Positions 38,047 through 47,989 of a stretch of 64,000 nt of DNA are shown in pieces. Location of the stretch: positions 1-64,000 of the forward strand of contig DXJV01000062.1 in the NCBI GenBank assembly GCA_019056785.1. The letters run 5' to 3'. This DNA is from Candidatus Heimdallarchaeota archaeon. Lineage in GTDB: Archaea > Asgardarchaeota > Heimdallarchaeia > JABLTI01. Both the position numbers and the translations under genes were made by a program. The stretch's first letter is position 1, and each line of letters starts with the position of its first letter. The notes beneath the pieces were generated by a model, which worked only from the letters and a program-made list of their open reading frames with translations, searched no databases and was not told the origin of the DNA.

Positions 38047-41000
38047 GTGCCAGAAAAATCACTATTTATTAATAGGTTTTTGACCTTAGCATTTTTAGCG
38101 ATTTTCCTTATGTCATCTCTAACACCAGGGATTAGTTTTGCAGTAAAAGCAGCTAACCCAAATGAGGAGATGCTTTCAAATGCTATTAAAAACCTTTCCA
38201 GTGAAAATGATGTTTTAACTACAACGAATGATCCTTCTTCACTCTCTTTGAAGAAAGGTGATTTTTTTGCTTTGACAGAAGAATATGATTATACTAATGT
38301 TGAATATAAACCATGGAAAGAAATTCTTTCCAATGATTTTTCGACGGAAAGCTTTGAATCAGAATTTTTCAATGAAAAGGACAATGATTTTTTGGTGAAG
38401 GTCCAAAATGGCTTTGTCTTTCTCATTGTTGGTGAGACAAAATGGACTGGTTTTAGTTCGGATCAACATCTTTTATTGTTACAACAAACCAATGCTAAAG
38501 TTATTGACCAAATCCCACAAATTAAAGCTACTGTTGTTAAAGTGCCCATTCAGAATCTCAAGATGTTTTTTGAAGAAAGCAGAGCTTTGGCTTCTTACAG
38601 GTATATTGAACCCGATATGGTGACTCGTATATCCGGCGTTCCAAATGATCCTCGTTGGACTGATCAATGGGGTCCAGCGAGAATCCATGCTCTTGAAGCT
38701 TGGAGTTATGAATCTGGCAATAAAAGCGAAATTCTTGTTGCTGTTATTGACACTGGTATAGATTACAATCATCCTGACTTAGTTAATCAGTATGTTGCTT
38801 TAGGTTATGACTGGCAAAACGGTGATAACGATCCGATGGATGATCACGACCATGGAACACATTGTGCTGGTATTATTACTGCAACAATCAATAACAGTAT
38901 TGGGATCGCAGGAGTAGCTGATGTTAGCGTAATGACAGAGAAGGTCTTTGACCAATACGGCTGGGGTGAAATTGACGACGCAGCTCAAGCAATCATTCAT
39001 GCGACAGATGTCGGAGCCGACATTTTATCGAACAGTTATGGTTTCCCCTTTTCTTCTACTACTTTAGAAGATGCTGTTGCTTATGCTGCTAGTAAAGATG
39101 TTGTTATTGTTGTTGCAGCTGGAAATGATGGCAGCGTAGTAAACAACTATCCTGCAGTCTATCCCGAAACCATCTCTGTTTCAGCATTGGACAAAACGGA
39201 TACATTGGCTTATTTCAGTACTTATGGGCCAACAGTTGAGTTAACAGCTCCAGGTGTGGATGTTTTATCTACCATTCGTGTAGAAAGTGATAGCTACGGC
39301 TACATGAGCGGCACCTCTATGGCTTGTCCTCATGTTGCCGGTGTAGCAGCGCTTTTACGTTCTGCACACCCTGACTGGTCAGCCGAGCAAGTGAGAAGAT
39401 ACCTCTGGTTTACTGCTGAGGATTTAGGCGAATCTGGACGAGATGATTATTTTGGTTATGGGCTAGTAAATGCTCTTGAAGCTGTTAAACCTCTACCCAC
39501 TCATGAGCTTCGTGCTATTTTAGAGGTTCCAAATATTGTTCCCAAAGATGAAACGACAACCATTTCAGCTCAAGTGATAAACTTAGGGACAACAAATGAA
39601 ACCAATGTTGAATTGCAGCTTTATATTAACGGTACGCTTGTTCAAAGCCAGGTCTTTGCGGAAGTCGCTATATTAGAACAACAAACACTTCTCTACAATT
39701 GGACTCCAACCCAGATTGCTTCAGTAAATATTACTGCTTATGCTGTGCCGGTCAGTGGCGAAACATTTGTTTCGAATAATAAACTCAGCAGGAACGTTTC
39801 TGTTCTTGCAGTTAAAAATTATCTTATGGATGATCGTTTCCCCTATTCTTGGATTGATGCTAGGTCTGGTCAAGTTTTAGAACTTGGTGATGATGAGATT
39901 ACACAAATAACGCTTCCCTTTAATTTCACCTTCTATGGAACAAATTTCACTTCCCTTTACGTTGGAAGCAATGGTATCCTTTCTTTTGTGAGCAAAGATA
40001 TTTCCTCGTATTACCCCAAACCTTTCCCAACTAACGACCCTACCTATCAATATGTTATTGCCCTGTTTTGGACTGACCTTTACCCCCATAATAATATTTT
40101 CGCTCTTAATACTACTGATAAGGTAATTATCGAATATTATAATATCAGTTTCTACGGTGGACTTGTTGCAGGTTCTTTTGAAGTCGTTTTATGTAAAAAT
40201 GGTGATATTTATTTCAATTATGACTTCATAAACTCACTTCCAAATCGTTATACTATAGGCTTAAATTTCGGTATTCTTGAAGACTATTACAACTATTATA
40301 CCAACCTTGAAGGCAAAACCGACGATTTGACTATTCGTTTTTCAACTCGACGAGAAGACCATGAGCTTATAGCGACCCTTGGAGTGCTCTATAATGTGAA
40401 AGTTGATACGGACACGCTTATCAATGCAACTGTTACGAACTTTGGCTTATCAAACGAGACTAATGTAGAATTACAACTACTAATTAATGGTACTATTGTT
40501 GCTTCGCAAGTCTACCCCACCCTTAACAAAGATACAAATGCAACGTTACAATTCCTTTGGCATCCGGTGAACTTAGGAAAATATAATCTATCAGTCTATT
40601 GTTTGCCTGTCGAAAACGAAACATTTCTTTATAACAACATATTCACGCAAATGGTTGTTGTATTAAATATTTCAATGACAATTATGTTCTACCTCGATGG
40701 AGACGTTAACCTCGAGTCTTTAGCTATTTTGGATTTCAACGAACTCGAGGCTGGTTTGAAATATGTTCCTATGATTAACATCCTCGTTCTTTTTGATCGT
40801 CATCCATATTATGACTTTTCGAATGGCGATTGGAGCACGACCAGGCTCTATGAAATCAAAATGGATGAAAGTGAAACTATCCAATCAAAACTTTTGCTTG
40901 ATTTTGGCGAGCTAAATATGGGTGATCCGGCGACTTTAACGATGTTCTTGAACTATTGTTTTGCCAACTATTCGAGTGATCATTACCTCCTTAATTTCTG

Positions 41001-43350
41001 GGATCACGGTGGGGGTATTAATGGTCTTTGTTGGGATGATAGCAACAATAATGACTTTCTTACAATGGACGAAATCCAGACAGCAATTCGTGCCAGTGAA
41101 ACTGCTTATGGTGAGAAAATTGACATCATTAGTATGATTGCTTGTTTGATGAATATGATAGAAATTGCTTACGAATTTCGGGACCTTACAGATTTAATTG
41201 TCGCCTCTGAGGAAGTAATGTATGGCTATGTTGTTGATTGGACTGATGTTTTGCAACGATTCAGTTCCTATACAACATTTACATTAGCTGACTTCGCTTC
41301 CCAGATCGTCGAGTCTTACGCTGAAGATTGGGAAAATAACTATATAGCAACAACGTATTCCGCAATTAATACTTCGGTAGTAGCGTCTATGATTCCTGTG
41401 ATCAATGACTTGTGTATTTCCTTTGATGATGTTTTTACCAGTAATAAAGGAAATGAGATTGTTTTCCAAATATACAAAACCCAAAACTTCTATTATCCTT
41501 TCTATCGTGATTTTAGTCATTTCCTTGAGAATTTACAAAACAGTTCCTCGTTCCAGAAAAACTTCCCGGCAGTAACTGGAAATGCATCCGCTCTTAATTC
41601 ACTTCTCCAGGACGCCATTATCGCAAATTACCAACACATGGCTTATGATGGCAACGCTAATGGTCTTTCAATCTTTTTGCCATTCAATTTCGTTTACTTT
41701 AGCGATTTAATTGCCAATTATACTGGTCATCTTGATGCTTTTGTGGGTCTCGATTGGCTAACTGACACTCTGTGGGACGAATTTATAGATCAACTTTCTC
41801 AACTGGATTATGTTATTGGCTTGCATTTAGAATGGACGCAATCAATGAGTAATTCCTATAGCTCACCAATTTTCTTGGATGTCGATCATGACGGTATTAA
41901 AGAGATTATTTATACTTCTCAAGAAGGACTTCATTGTATTCGAAGTAACGGTGAAGTAGTTTGGAATCAAAGTATTGATTTTACCTTTAATTCTCCTGTC
42001 GTTGCTGATTTGAATAAAGATGGCGATTTCGAGATTCTAATTACACAATCAAAGAGTGTCCTTTGCTTCTTTTCAAATGGCACCCTCTTTTGGGAATTTA
42101 GCACTACTGATAATTTCGGCGTTGGAAACGGTGTTTCTGTGGTGGATTTGGATGGCGACCAACAAGTGGAAATTATTTTAACAACCAATTATTACGGAGG
42201 ACTAGTTTGTCTTTCTAATACTGGCGAAACCCTGTGGAATTACCGGTTTATCTATGCAACGGCTTCACAACCTTCTTTTGCAGACCTTAATTCTGATGGC
42301 AAATTGGAAATTATCATAAGCACAACCGAAGGATATGTCTTTTGTTTAGATGCAGACGGCAATCGTGAATGGATCTTTTATTCTGAATTAGGAACATATA
42401 CTGAAGCTATTGCTGAAGATCTTAATAACGACGGAAGCATTGAAATCATTGTTGGAAGTCAAAATGGCACTATTTATTGTTTAGACAAGGAGGGTTCGCT
42501 TCTCTGGCAAAAAGTCTATGGAATTAAGAATAGCTATGAACGTGCAACGCTCTTAGTGGTTGACTTCAATTCAGATGGCTATAAAGAAATTGTTTACACT
42601 TCTAAATTGACCCTCTTATGCCTTAATTACACGGGTGATGAACTTTGGGGTATGCCAACATACAATTCAATTAATGCGCGTCCTATTGCTGTCGACTTAG
42701 ATAATGACTCTTGTTTAAATTTAGTTTTGGTGGATCAGTTTGGATTTGTTTATCTCGTAGATGGCTCTGGCGTTATTAATGGGATTTATCAATCCAATGT
42801 ATTTACTCAGAGTTCTCCATTGGCTCTTGACTTAGATAATGATGGCATCTTAGAAATTGTTGTCAATTCCAACTATGGTCTTCTCTGTTTCTCTCTTGAA
42901 AATGTGACCGCTTCAGGACAAAGTACTTTCTATGCCTATCGTGGCACGATTTTTGGGACAAACGCACCTGATTCTGATGGCGATTTAATTGATGACTTAA
43001 CAGAGCGATTCTACAATAGCGACCCACAAAAAATTGATACTGATGCGGACGGTTTAACAGACTATGAAGAAATTATGCTCTATGGTTCATTGCCCGATGT
43101 GATTGATTCTGACTCCGATGGTTTAACAGATATCGACGAAGTTACTATTTATCATACCGACCCCACACTCTGGGACACGGATGGCGATGGATTCTCCGAT
43201 GGTATGGAAATCCAGAAGGGAACTGACCCATTGGATCCAAAAGATCATCCTATGAGAACAAGTGTAAAAATCGTTCTTGGCATTATACTTCCAACGATCG
43301 TTATTGCTGCTGTTTTGTTACTTTTCTTCTTTCTTAGAAAGAAAGGGTAA
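38047..43350 (+). CDS. Surface protease: S8 subtilisin + CARDB domains + clostripain (C11) + FG-GAP propeller + Ca-binding DxDxDG repeats + TM
   Basis: S8 triad VIDTG / HGTHCAG / GTSMACP; C11 motifs ELNMGDP, WDHGGG, IACLM and VASEE; DLNxDG repeats; DTDADGLTD repeats. Confidence 0.9.
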   Translation: MPEKSLFINRFLTLAFLAIFLMSSLTPGISFAVKAANPNEEMLSNAIKNLSSENDVLTTTNDPSSLSLKKGDFFALTEEYDYTNVEYKPWKEILSNDFSTESFESEFFNEKDNDFLVKVQNGFVFLIVGETKWTGFSSDQHLLLLQQTNAKVIDQIPQIKATVVKVPIQNLKMFFEESRALASYRYIEPDMVTRISGVPNDPRWTDQWGPARIHALEAWSYESGNKSEILVAVIDTGIDYNHPDLVNQYVALGYDWQNGDNDPMDDHDHGTHCAGIITATINNSIGIAGVADVSVMTEKVFDQYGWGEIDDAAQAIIHATDVGADILSNSYGFPFSSTTLEDAVAYAASKDVVIVVAAGNDGSVVNNYPAVYPETISVSALDKTDTLAYFSTYGPTVELTAPGVDVLSTIRVESDSYGYMSGTSMACPHVAGVAALLRSAHPDWSAEQVRRYLWFTAEDLGESGRDDYFGYGLVNALEAVKPLPTHELRAILEVPNIVPKDETTTISAQVINLGTTNETNVELQLYINGTLVQSQVFAEVAILEQQTLLYNWTPTQIASVNITAYAVPVSGETFVSNNKLSRNVSVLAVKNYLMDDRFPYSWIDARSGQVLELGDDEITQITLPFNFTFYGTNFTSLYVGSNGILSFVSKDISSYYPKPFPTNDPTYQYVIALFWTDLYPHNNIFALNTTDKVIIEYYNISFYGGLVAGSFEVVLCKNGDIYFNYDFINSLPNRYTIGLNFGILEDYYNYYTNLEGKTDDLTIRFSTRREDHELIATLGVLYNVKVDTDTLINATVTNFGLSNETNVELQLLINGTIVASQVYPTLNKDTNATLQFLWHPVNLGKYNLSVYCLPVENETFLYNNIFTQMVVVLNISMTIMFYLDGDVNLESLAILDFNELEAGLKYVPMINILVLFDRHPYYDFSNGDWSTTRLYEIKMDESETIQSKLLLDFGELNMGDPATLTMFLNYCFANYSSDHYLLNFWDHGGGINGLCWDDSNNNDFLTMDEIQTAIRASETAYGEKIDIISMIACLMNMIEIAYEFRDLTDLIVASEEVMYGYVVDWTDVLQRFSSYTTFTLADFASQIVESYAEDWENNYIATTYSAINTSVVASMIPVINDLCISFDDVFTSNKGNEIVFQIYKTQNFYYPFYRDFSHFLENLQNSSSFQKNFPAVTGNASALNSLLQDAIIANYQHMAYDGNANGLSIFLPFNFVYFSDLIANYTGHLDAFVGLDWLTDTLWDEFIDQLSQLDYVIGLHLEWTQSMSNSYSSPIFLDVDHDGIKEIIYTSQEGLHCIRSNGEVVWNQSIDFTFNSPVVADLNKDGDFEILITQSKSVLCFFSNGTLFWEFSTTDNFGVGNGVSVVDLDGDQQVEIILTTNYYGGLVCLSNTGETLWNYRFIYATASQPSFADLNSDGKLEIIISTTEGYVFCLDADGNREWIFYSELGTYTEAIAEDLNNDGSIEIIVGSQNGTIYCLDKEGSLLWQKVYGIKNSYERATLLVVDFNSDGYKEIVYTSKLTLLCLNYTGDELWGMPTYNSINARPIAVDLDNDSCLNLVLVDQFGFVYLVDGSGVINGIYQSNVFTQSSPLALDLDNDGILEIVVNSNYGLLCFSLENVTASGQSTFYAYRGTIFGTNAPDSDGDLIDDLTERFYNSDPQKIDTDADGLTDYEEIMLYGSLPDVIDSDSDGLTDIDEVTIYHTDPTLWDTDGDGFSDGMEIQKGTDPLDPKDHPMRTSVKIVLGIILPTIVIAAVLLLFFFLRKKG

Positions 43351-43418
43351 GTGTTAAGCTTCCAGCAGCTTTTCTTCTTTCTTTTTTCTCCTTTTTGCCT
43401 AAAGACTAATTAATCTTA

Positions 43419-44138
43419 ATGGTATTTTATTGCTTAGTATCTTTAGGAGGGCATGAAAAAATCATCAGTCTTTGTGTAGGAACATTTGACGATAAAAAGG
43501 GTCCGCAACCTGTTTATTCCTATGGTGTTTCCTCCAAAACTGCTAAGAAAATTGTTTTGAAAGTTATGCTCGGTGCCTTCTCTTTTAGGGATAAAGAATA
43601 TCACAAACCCGCTCGAAATGAGAGCATTTTAACTTTTCAAGAAGAAGATCTCGTTGCTTTTTCCACTTTTTTTGAAACTGATTGCAATACTTGTCGTGGT
43701 AAAAAAAAGCCTTTCTCTCTTTCCGCTCTTTTTCCTCTCGCCGAGCAGAAACGGCTTTATCGTTATGCCAGCAATCTTTCGATGCTTTTAAAGAAATTAG
43801 GGGCCATTTTCGAGAATACTTTCCAGCAATATGGTGAATTTCCTCCCTCTTTTCTTGCAACTATTCAAAAATTACTCGAACAAAACATTCACACGGTTTC
43901 TGTTACGTGTCCTGTTTGTTATAGTCGTAACGAAATTTTCGCTTTCAATTTTGAAGATACAACCATTTTTCTTCAAGAAATTCATGCCGGGGATATTTGT
44001 CCCCATGACTTTTCAATTTATTTTGATAAAGCGTTTAAGATTTTACTTTATAAATATTCAAAAACTGATTTAAAAGAGCTTTCAATAAAATTAGCTCAAT
44101 TAAAATCCCCTTATAATCATTTAATAAAAAGAGGTTAA
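43419..44138 (+). CDS. uDENN/longin-like domain protein with C-terminal CPxC..CxH zinc-binding motif
   Basis: N-terminal 'LCVGTFDDKKGPQPVY' (FDxxxGP), 'CRG..FSLSAL', then 'CPVC..ICPHDFSIYFDK'. Confidence 0.6.
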   Translation: MVFYCLVSLGGHEKIISLCVGTFDDKKGPQPVYSYGVSSKTAKKIVLKVMLGAFSFRDKEYHKPARNESILTFQEEDLVAFSTFFETDCNTCRGKKKPFSLSALFPLAEQKRLYRYASNLSMLLKKLGAIFENTFQQYGEFPPSFLATIQKLLEQNIHTVSVTCPVCYSRNEIFAFNFEDTTIFLQEIHAGDICPHDFSIYFDKAFKILLYKYSKTDLKELSIKLAQLKSPYNHLIKRG

Positions 44139-44144
44139 AAAAAC

Positions 44145-44873
44145 ATGGTGAGTCTGGAGCCAAGAGAGAGCAAAGAGAAACAGGGAAACAAGAAATCGAC
44201 AAAACTTCAGACGGTGATTATTCCTGAAGAATTGGTAGAACAATTTCAAAAAGCCGAAACAAAAGTTAATCAACATTTTGCAACAATGGAATGGGATCCC
44301 ACCAATGGTCGCATCCTAATTGGTGGTGAACGCTATGTCTTCATACGAGCTTCTTCTCTTCGAATTGGTTTTCCACAAGCAATTGCTTCACTCTTAGAAT
44401 TGGATGGTGGTATAAATAATCCTCTAATTGTGAAATTGTTATATGAAATTGCAAAGTCACTCGGAAAGGCGGATGCAAAAAAATTCCATCTTTCTATGGG
44501 ACTAGATGATCCTATCGAAAAATTGTCTACCGGTCCTATCCATTTTGCTTTCACCGGCTGGGCAAAGGTTGATATTATGCCTGAATCTCATCCTACACCT
44601 GATGAGGATTATTATTTGCTTTATACTCATCCTCAATCCTTCGAAGCCGACTCTTTTATCTTAAGTAAAGGTGAAACATCTGTTACCCCCATTTGTGTTA
44701 TGAATGCTGGTTATTCTGCTGGCTGGTGCAGTGAAAGCTTCAGTTTGGACTTGGATGCGCAGGAAATCGCTTGTAGAGCCAAAGGAGATAAGGAATGCCT
44801 TTTTATAATGGCACCAAAAGACAAGCTGGAACAAAAAGTTGTTGAGTATCTCGATGCTAAGAAAAAGGAGTGA
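44145..44873 (+). CDS. V4R / XylR-N domain protein
   Basis: GRILIGGERYVF, FAFTGWA, SFEA, PICVMNAGYSAGW and EIACRAKGDKECLF. Confidence 0.88.
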   Translation: MVSLEPRESKEKQGNKKSTKLQTVIIPEELVEQFQKAETKVNQHFATMEWDPTNGRILIGGERYVFIRASSLRIGFPQAIASLLELDGGINNPLIVKLLYEIAKSLGKADAKKFHLSMGLDDPIEKLSTGPIHFAFTGWAKVDIMPESHPTPDEDYYLLYTHPQSFEADSFILSKGETSVTPICVMNAGYSAGWCSESFSLDLDAQEIACRAKGDKECLFIMAPKDKLEQKVVEYLDAKKKE

Positions 44874-44967
44874 CTCGAGCTGTGGCTCAATGACTCTTCT
44901 TTTTTTCTCATTGTTAATCTTTTTTTTCTTTGTGTTTTTAAAAAAGGAAAAAAGAAAAAGAGGAGGA

Positions 44968-45819
44968 TTAATTCCCCGCTCTCTTTGCAAGGCTTTTCGG
45001 ATATTTTTCTCGCAGGGTAAAGAAGGTGCAGACTACCACCATTATTGCTCCGATAATAATTAGAATGTTACCAATAATTGCAATTGGCAAATCAAATGCA
45101 ATTACATTTGTTGTTGCTATTGCCAACGATAAGAAGATAACATTTAGAAAGAGCAAAACAATCAAATCGAGTACTTTCTTTTTAATGCCGACAAAGAAAG
45201 AGAGAATCAAAAGCAAAGCTGCAAACAAGAAGAAGAGAAATTCAATGAGTGCCGGGAGAAAAGTAATTCCCAAGTCAGTTGTAAGTGTGCTATTAAAAGC
45301 ATCATTGTTCCTGAAATAATAATAATTGAATTGTGTAAAGACTCCCAAAATGATTGCCCAGACAAGCACAATGAATTTCTCAAAAATTCCAAATTGATTT
45401 CGCTTTCCAAAGTTCAGTGCAAAAACAACGATTACACCAATACTAAAGAGCGTAAGAATTACTATTCCTATAAAATTAAGTCCGTTAGAAACATACCCTT
45501 GATAAAAGCCCAGAAAGCCCAAACCAATATAGTCTGGTGCAAAGAAATGTGCAAAAACATAGACAAAGCCATACCCAACACCAAGAATGATTCCGATATT
45601 CAAAAGCAACACGTCTATTTTGGGTATAAACAGCCATAAAATAAATGCTATCAGGGCAAAAATGCCGAGAAAATTAGCAATAACAATTAATGCCGGATAT
45701 GCTTGCCTTAAAAATGCTCGAGTCATTTCTTGCAATAAATAAAACAGTAGCCCTCCAAGACCAATTGCTAATCCAATTTTGAATGATAAATTAAGCGCTT
45801 TTTTTTCAGCTAAAATCAA
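44968..45819 (-). CDS. Hypothetical multi-pass membrane protein
   Basis: About 8 hydrophobic segments; GGAGG SD upstream. Confidence 0.7.
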   Translation of the reverse strand: MILAEKKALNLSFKIGLAIGLGGLLFYLLQEMTRAFLRQAYPALIVIANFLGIFALIAFILWLFIPKIDVLLLNIGIILGVGYGFVYVFAHFFAPDYIGLGFLGFYQGYVSNGLNFIGIVILTLFSIGVIVVFALNFGKRNQFGIFEKFIVLVWAIILGVFTQFNYYYFRNNDAFNSTLTTDLGITFLPALIEFLFFLFAALLLILSFFVGIKKKVLDLIVLLFLNVIFLSLAIATTNVIAFDLPIAIIGNILIIIGAIMVVVCTFFTLREKYPKSLAKRAGN

Positions 45820-45918
45820 TTGACAATAACCTCCAAAGACTTAAACTTATGTAGTATAAATAAACTTTATTCAAAAAACTTCTAGAAAAAAAGAAAAAAA
45901 AAGAAAAAAGTTGTTAAT

Positions 45919-46122
45919 TTATTTTGGCATGATCCACTCTTTTTCCATTACAATGTAGATAATATCAATTAGTGTACCAATGCCACATAGACCTAATGTA
46001 CAAAGCCACAAAATTCCTGACATTGTATAGCCTTTCATAAATCAGTGGACACCTAAATTACCAAGAAAAATCGCTATCAATAGATCCATTAGTTTCTGAT
46101 CTTCTTTACTTTTTTCGCTCAT
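45919..46122 (-). pseudogene. TM2-domain protein with in-frame TGA (absent from the ORF track)
   Basis: Reads MSEKSKEDQKLMDLLIAIFLGNLGVH*FMKGYTMSGILWLCTLGLCGIGTLIDIIYIVMEKEWIMPK. The TGA at 46044-46042 replaces the Arg of the GxHRF motif. Confidence 0.8.
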
Positions 46123-46256
46123 TTTTCATCCCGTTGGTTAAAGAATTTCTAGTAGGATATTTTGACATAGTATAAAAGCTTTTCTAGTTTAAATTTTGTT
46201 TTTTTTATTGATTTAAAGGCAAGATTTAATAGAAAAATCTCTTTCTCTTTGAATTC

Positions 46257-47318
46257 ATGAGCAATATAGCCATTTTTTCCGGAAAAAAGCATAAAATCCC
46301 GCGAAAGTATTTGTCACAAATTCTAACCTTATTGCAACAAAATAATCAGGAATTGCTGCAAACTCGCCCCCCCGCAAAAGAATTTTACAAAAGGCAATTA
46401 ATCCTTAGTCAACCATCGGATTCTAAGAAAGAGTGGGTTATTGCTACCAATGCCGACAATGAGGTTGTGGGTTATGGTTATCTCTCTTGGAATGTAAAAT
46501 ACGATAATTTAGACAAAGGAAACTTTTGGCTCTATGTGAAACAGAGCGAACGAAGAAAAGGCATTGGAACAGCCATGCTCAAAGAAATAACCCAACTAGT
46601 GCCGGAACAAATAACGACTCTTACAACAAACACTTTCTCCTCGACAAAAAGCGAGGGGTTCATCAAGCAATTTAAAGAGCGAGAAAGTTATACTGAAATA
46701 ATTAGCATTTCAGATCTCACTCGCTTTAATCTGCGAGAAGTTGCTGCTGAAGCAAAACGTCAACGAGAAGCAGCGAGTAAGAAAGGCTATGACATAATTT
46801 ACATTGAAAACTTGGACTTTATGTTTCATCTCGATTTAGAAGAATATGTGAAGATGCTTGAGAGTATTTGGGCTGATATGCCACAAGAAGACCTTCATTT
46901 TGAAGATGAGCGCTTGCCGGTAGAGCGCTTTCTTGAAATGTACCAACGCTCAATGTTCTTAGGATTTAAATCGATGAACTTTGTCGCTGTTGAGAAAAAA
47001 ACCGGGCTCCCTGTTGGGTTAACAAACACATTGCTTAATCAATATCAACCACATGTGGCAATTCAAGAGGATACTGGTGTGCTCAAAGAACATCGTGGGA
47101 ATGGCTTAGGGTTGGCAATGAAGTATCAAATGCTTGAAAAATTGTTGAAGGAAACTGAAGCTGAGCAATGGCAGACTGGAAATGCCGGCAGCAACAAATA
47201 TATGTTGCGAATAAATCAACAATTGCATTACGAGCCAAAAATTACCCTCAAAATCTATGAGTTAACCTCTCAAGAATTGAAAAACAAACTCCACGCTTTC
47301 TCATCAGGGACTCGCTGA
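46257..47318 (+). CDS. Tandem GNAT N-acetyltransferase
   Basis: RRKGIGT and HRGNGLG acetyl-CoA motifs; TGNAGSNKYMLRIN. Confidence 0.88.
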   Translation: MSNIAIFSGKKHKIPRKYLSQILTLLQQNNQELLQTRPPAKEFYKRQLILSQPSDSKKEWVIATNADNEVVGYGYLSWNVKYDNLDKGNFWLYVKQSERRKGIGTAMLKEITQLVPEQITTLTTNTFSSTKSEGFIKQFKERESYTEIISISDLTRFNLREVAAEAKRQREAASKKGYDIIYIENLDFMFHLDLEEYVKMLESIWADMPQEDLHFEDERLPVERFLEMYQRSMFLGFKSMNFVAVEKKTGLPVGLTNTLLNQYQPHVAIQEDTGVLKEHRGNGLGLAMKYQMLEKLLKETEAEQWQTGNAGSNKYMLRINQQLHYEPKITLKIYELTSQELKNKLHAFSSGTR

Positions 47319-47443
47319 AAGAGTAAGCTATAAAACCCTTCACAATTTTTTATGATCTTTTTTTCTCATACCATTTGCCTAAAATAGAAACTTCAGAAAA
47401 AAAGATAATGAAATTAAAAAAGAGTTTGGTTGGGAAAATTCCT

Positions 47444-47989
47444 CTAATGGGCAGGTGGTGTCGCTTCGAGATAAATATAGAATGCCAGCAGTCCCATTCC
47501 TACTACTATTAGAAAGATATTTACCCATACTACGTTTATTTTTTTTCTTTTTAGCATTAGTTTGAAACCAATGAGAACATGGGCTAATATTAAAAGCATT
47601 AGGCCAATATCAAAGGTTGTGTGTATTTTTTCGAGGAGCCATTCTGGTAGGGCACCTCTTGTCCAGTTGTAGTAGCTAAATCCCGAAATTAATGTTAACA
47701 AGACAAAAGCAAGTATCAGGCATTTTGTTATGTGTTGCAGTAATCTTAACCAATGTTTTTTCGGTTGTTTAACAATTGTTTTACTCATTCTTGTATACAG
47801 GAAGGTATAGGTAATGTGAAAGAGCAGTAATAAAAACATCGCCCATTTGAAAATGATATGAATGTTTATCCACCGTTCGCTGTTTTCTGCCCAGTCTCTT
47901 GTGTGTGCATAGCCAGCGAAGATTCTCATGAAGGCAAATGCTGCTAACCACCATGCAACTATTCGATGAATTGTTACTCTGAATTTCAT
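47444..47989 (-). CDS. Membrane protein with TM histidines (cytochrome b/DUF4405-like)
   Basis: About 5 TM helices in two similar halves, with His residues (IHR, IHII, FHI, IHT, AHV). Confidence 0.6.
   Translation of the reverse strand: MKFRVTIHRIVAWWLAAFAFMRIFAGYAHTRDWAENSERWINIHIIFKWAMFLLLLFHITYTFLYTRMSKTIVKQPKKHWLRLLQHITKCLILAFVLLTLISGFSYYNWTRGALPEWLLEKIHTTFDIGLMLLILAHVLIGFKLMLKRKKINVVWVNIFLIVVGMGLLAFYIYLEATPPAH

Noticed and set aside
46042-46044. Selenocysteine or TGA recoding in the TM2 gene
   Set aside because: The position is a conserved Arg, not Cys or Trp, and TGA is a normal stop in many genes here.
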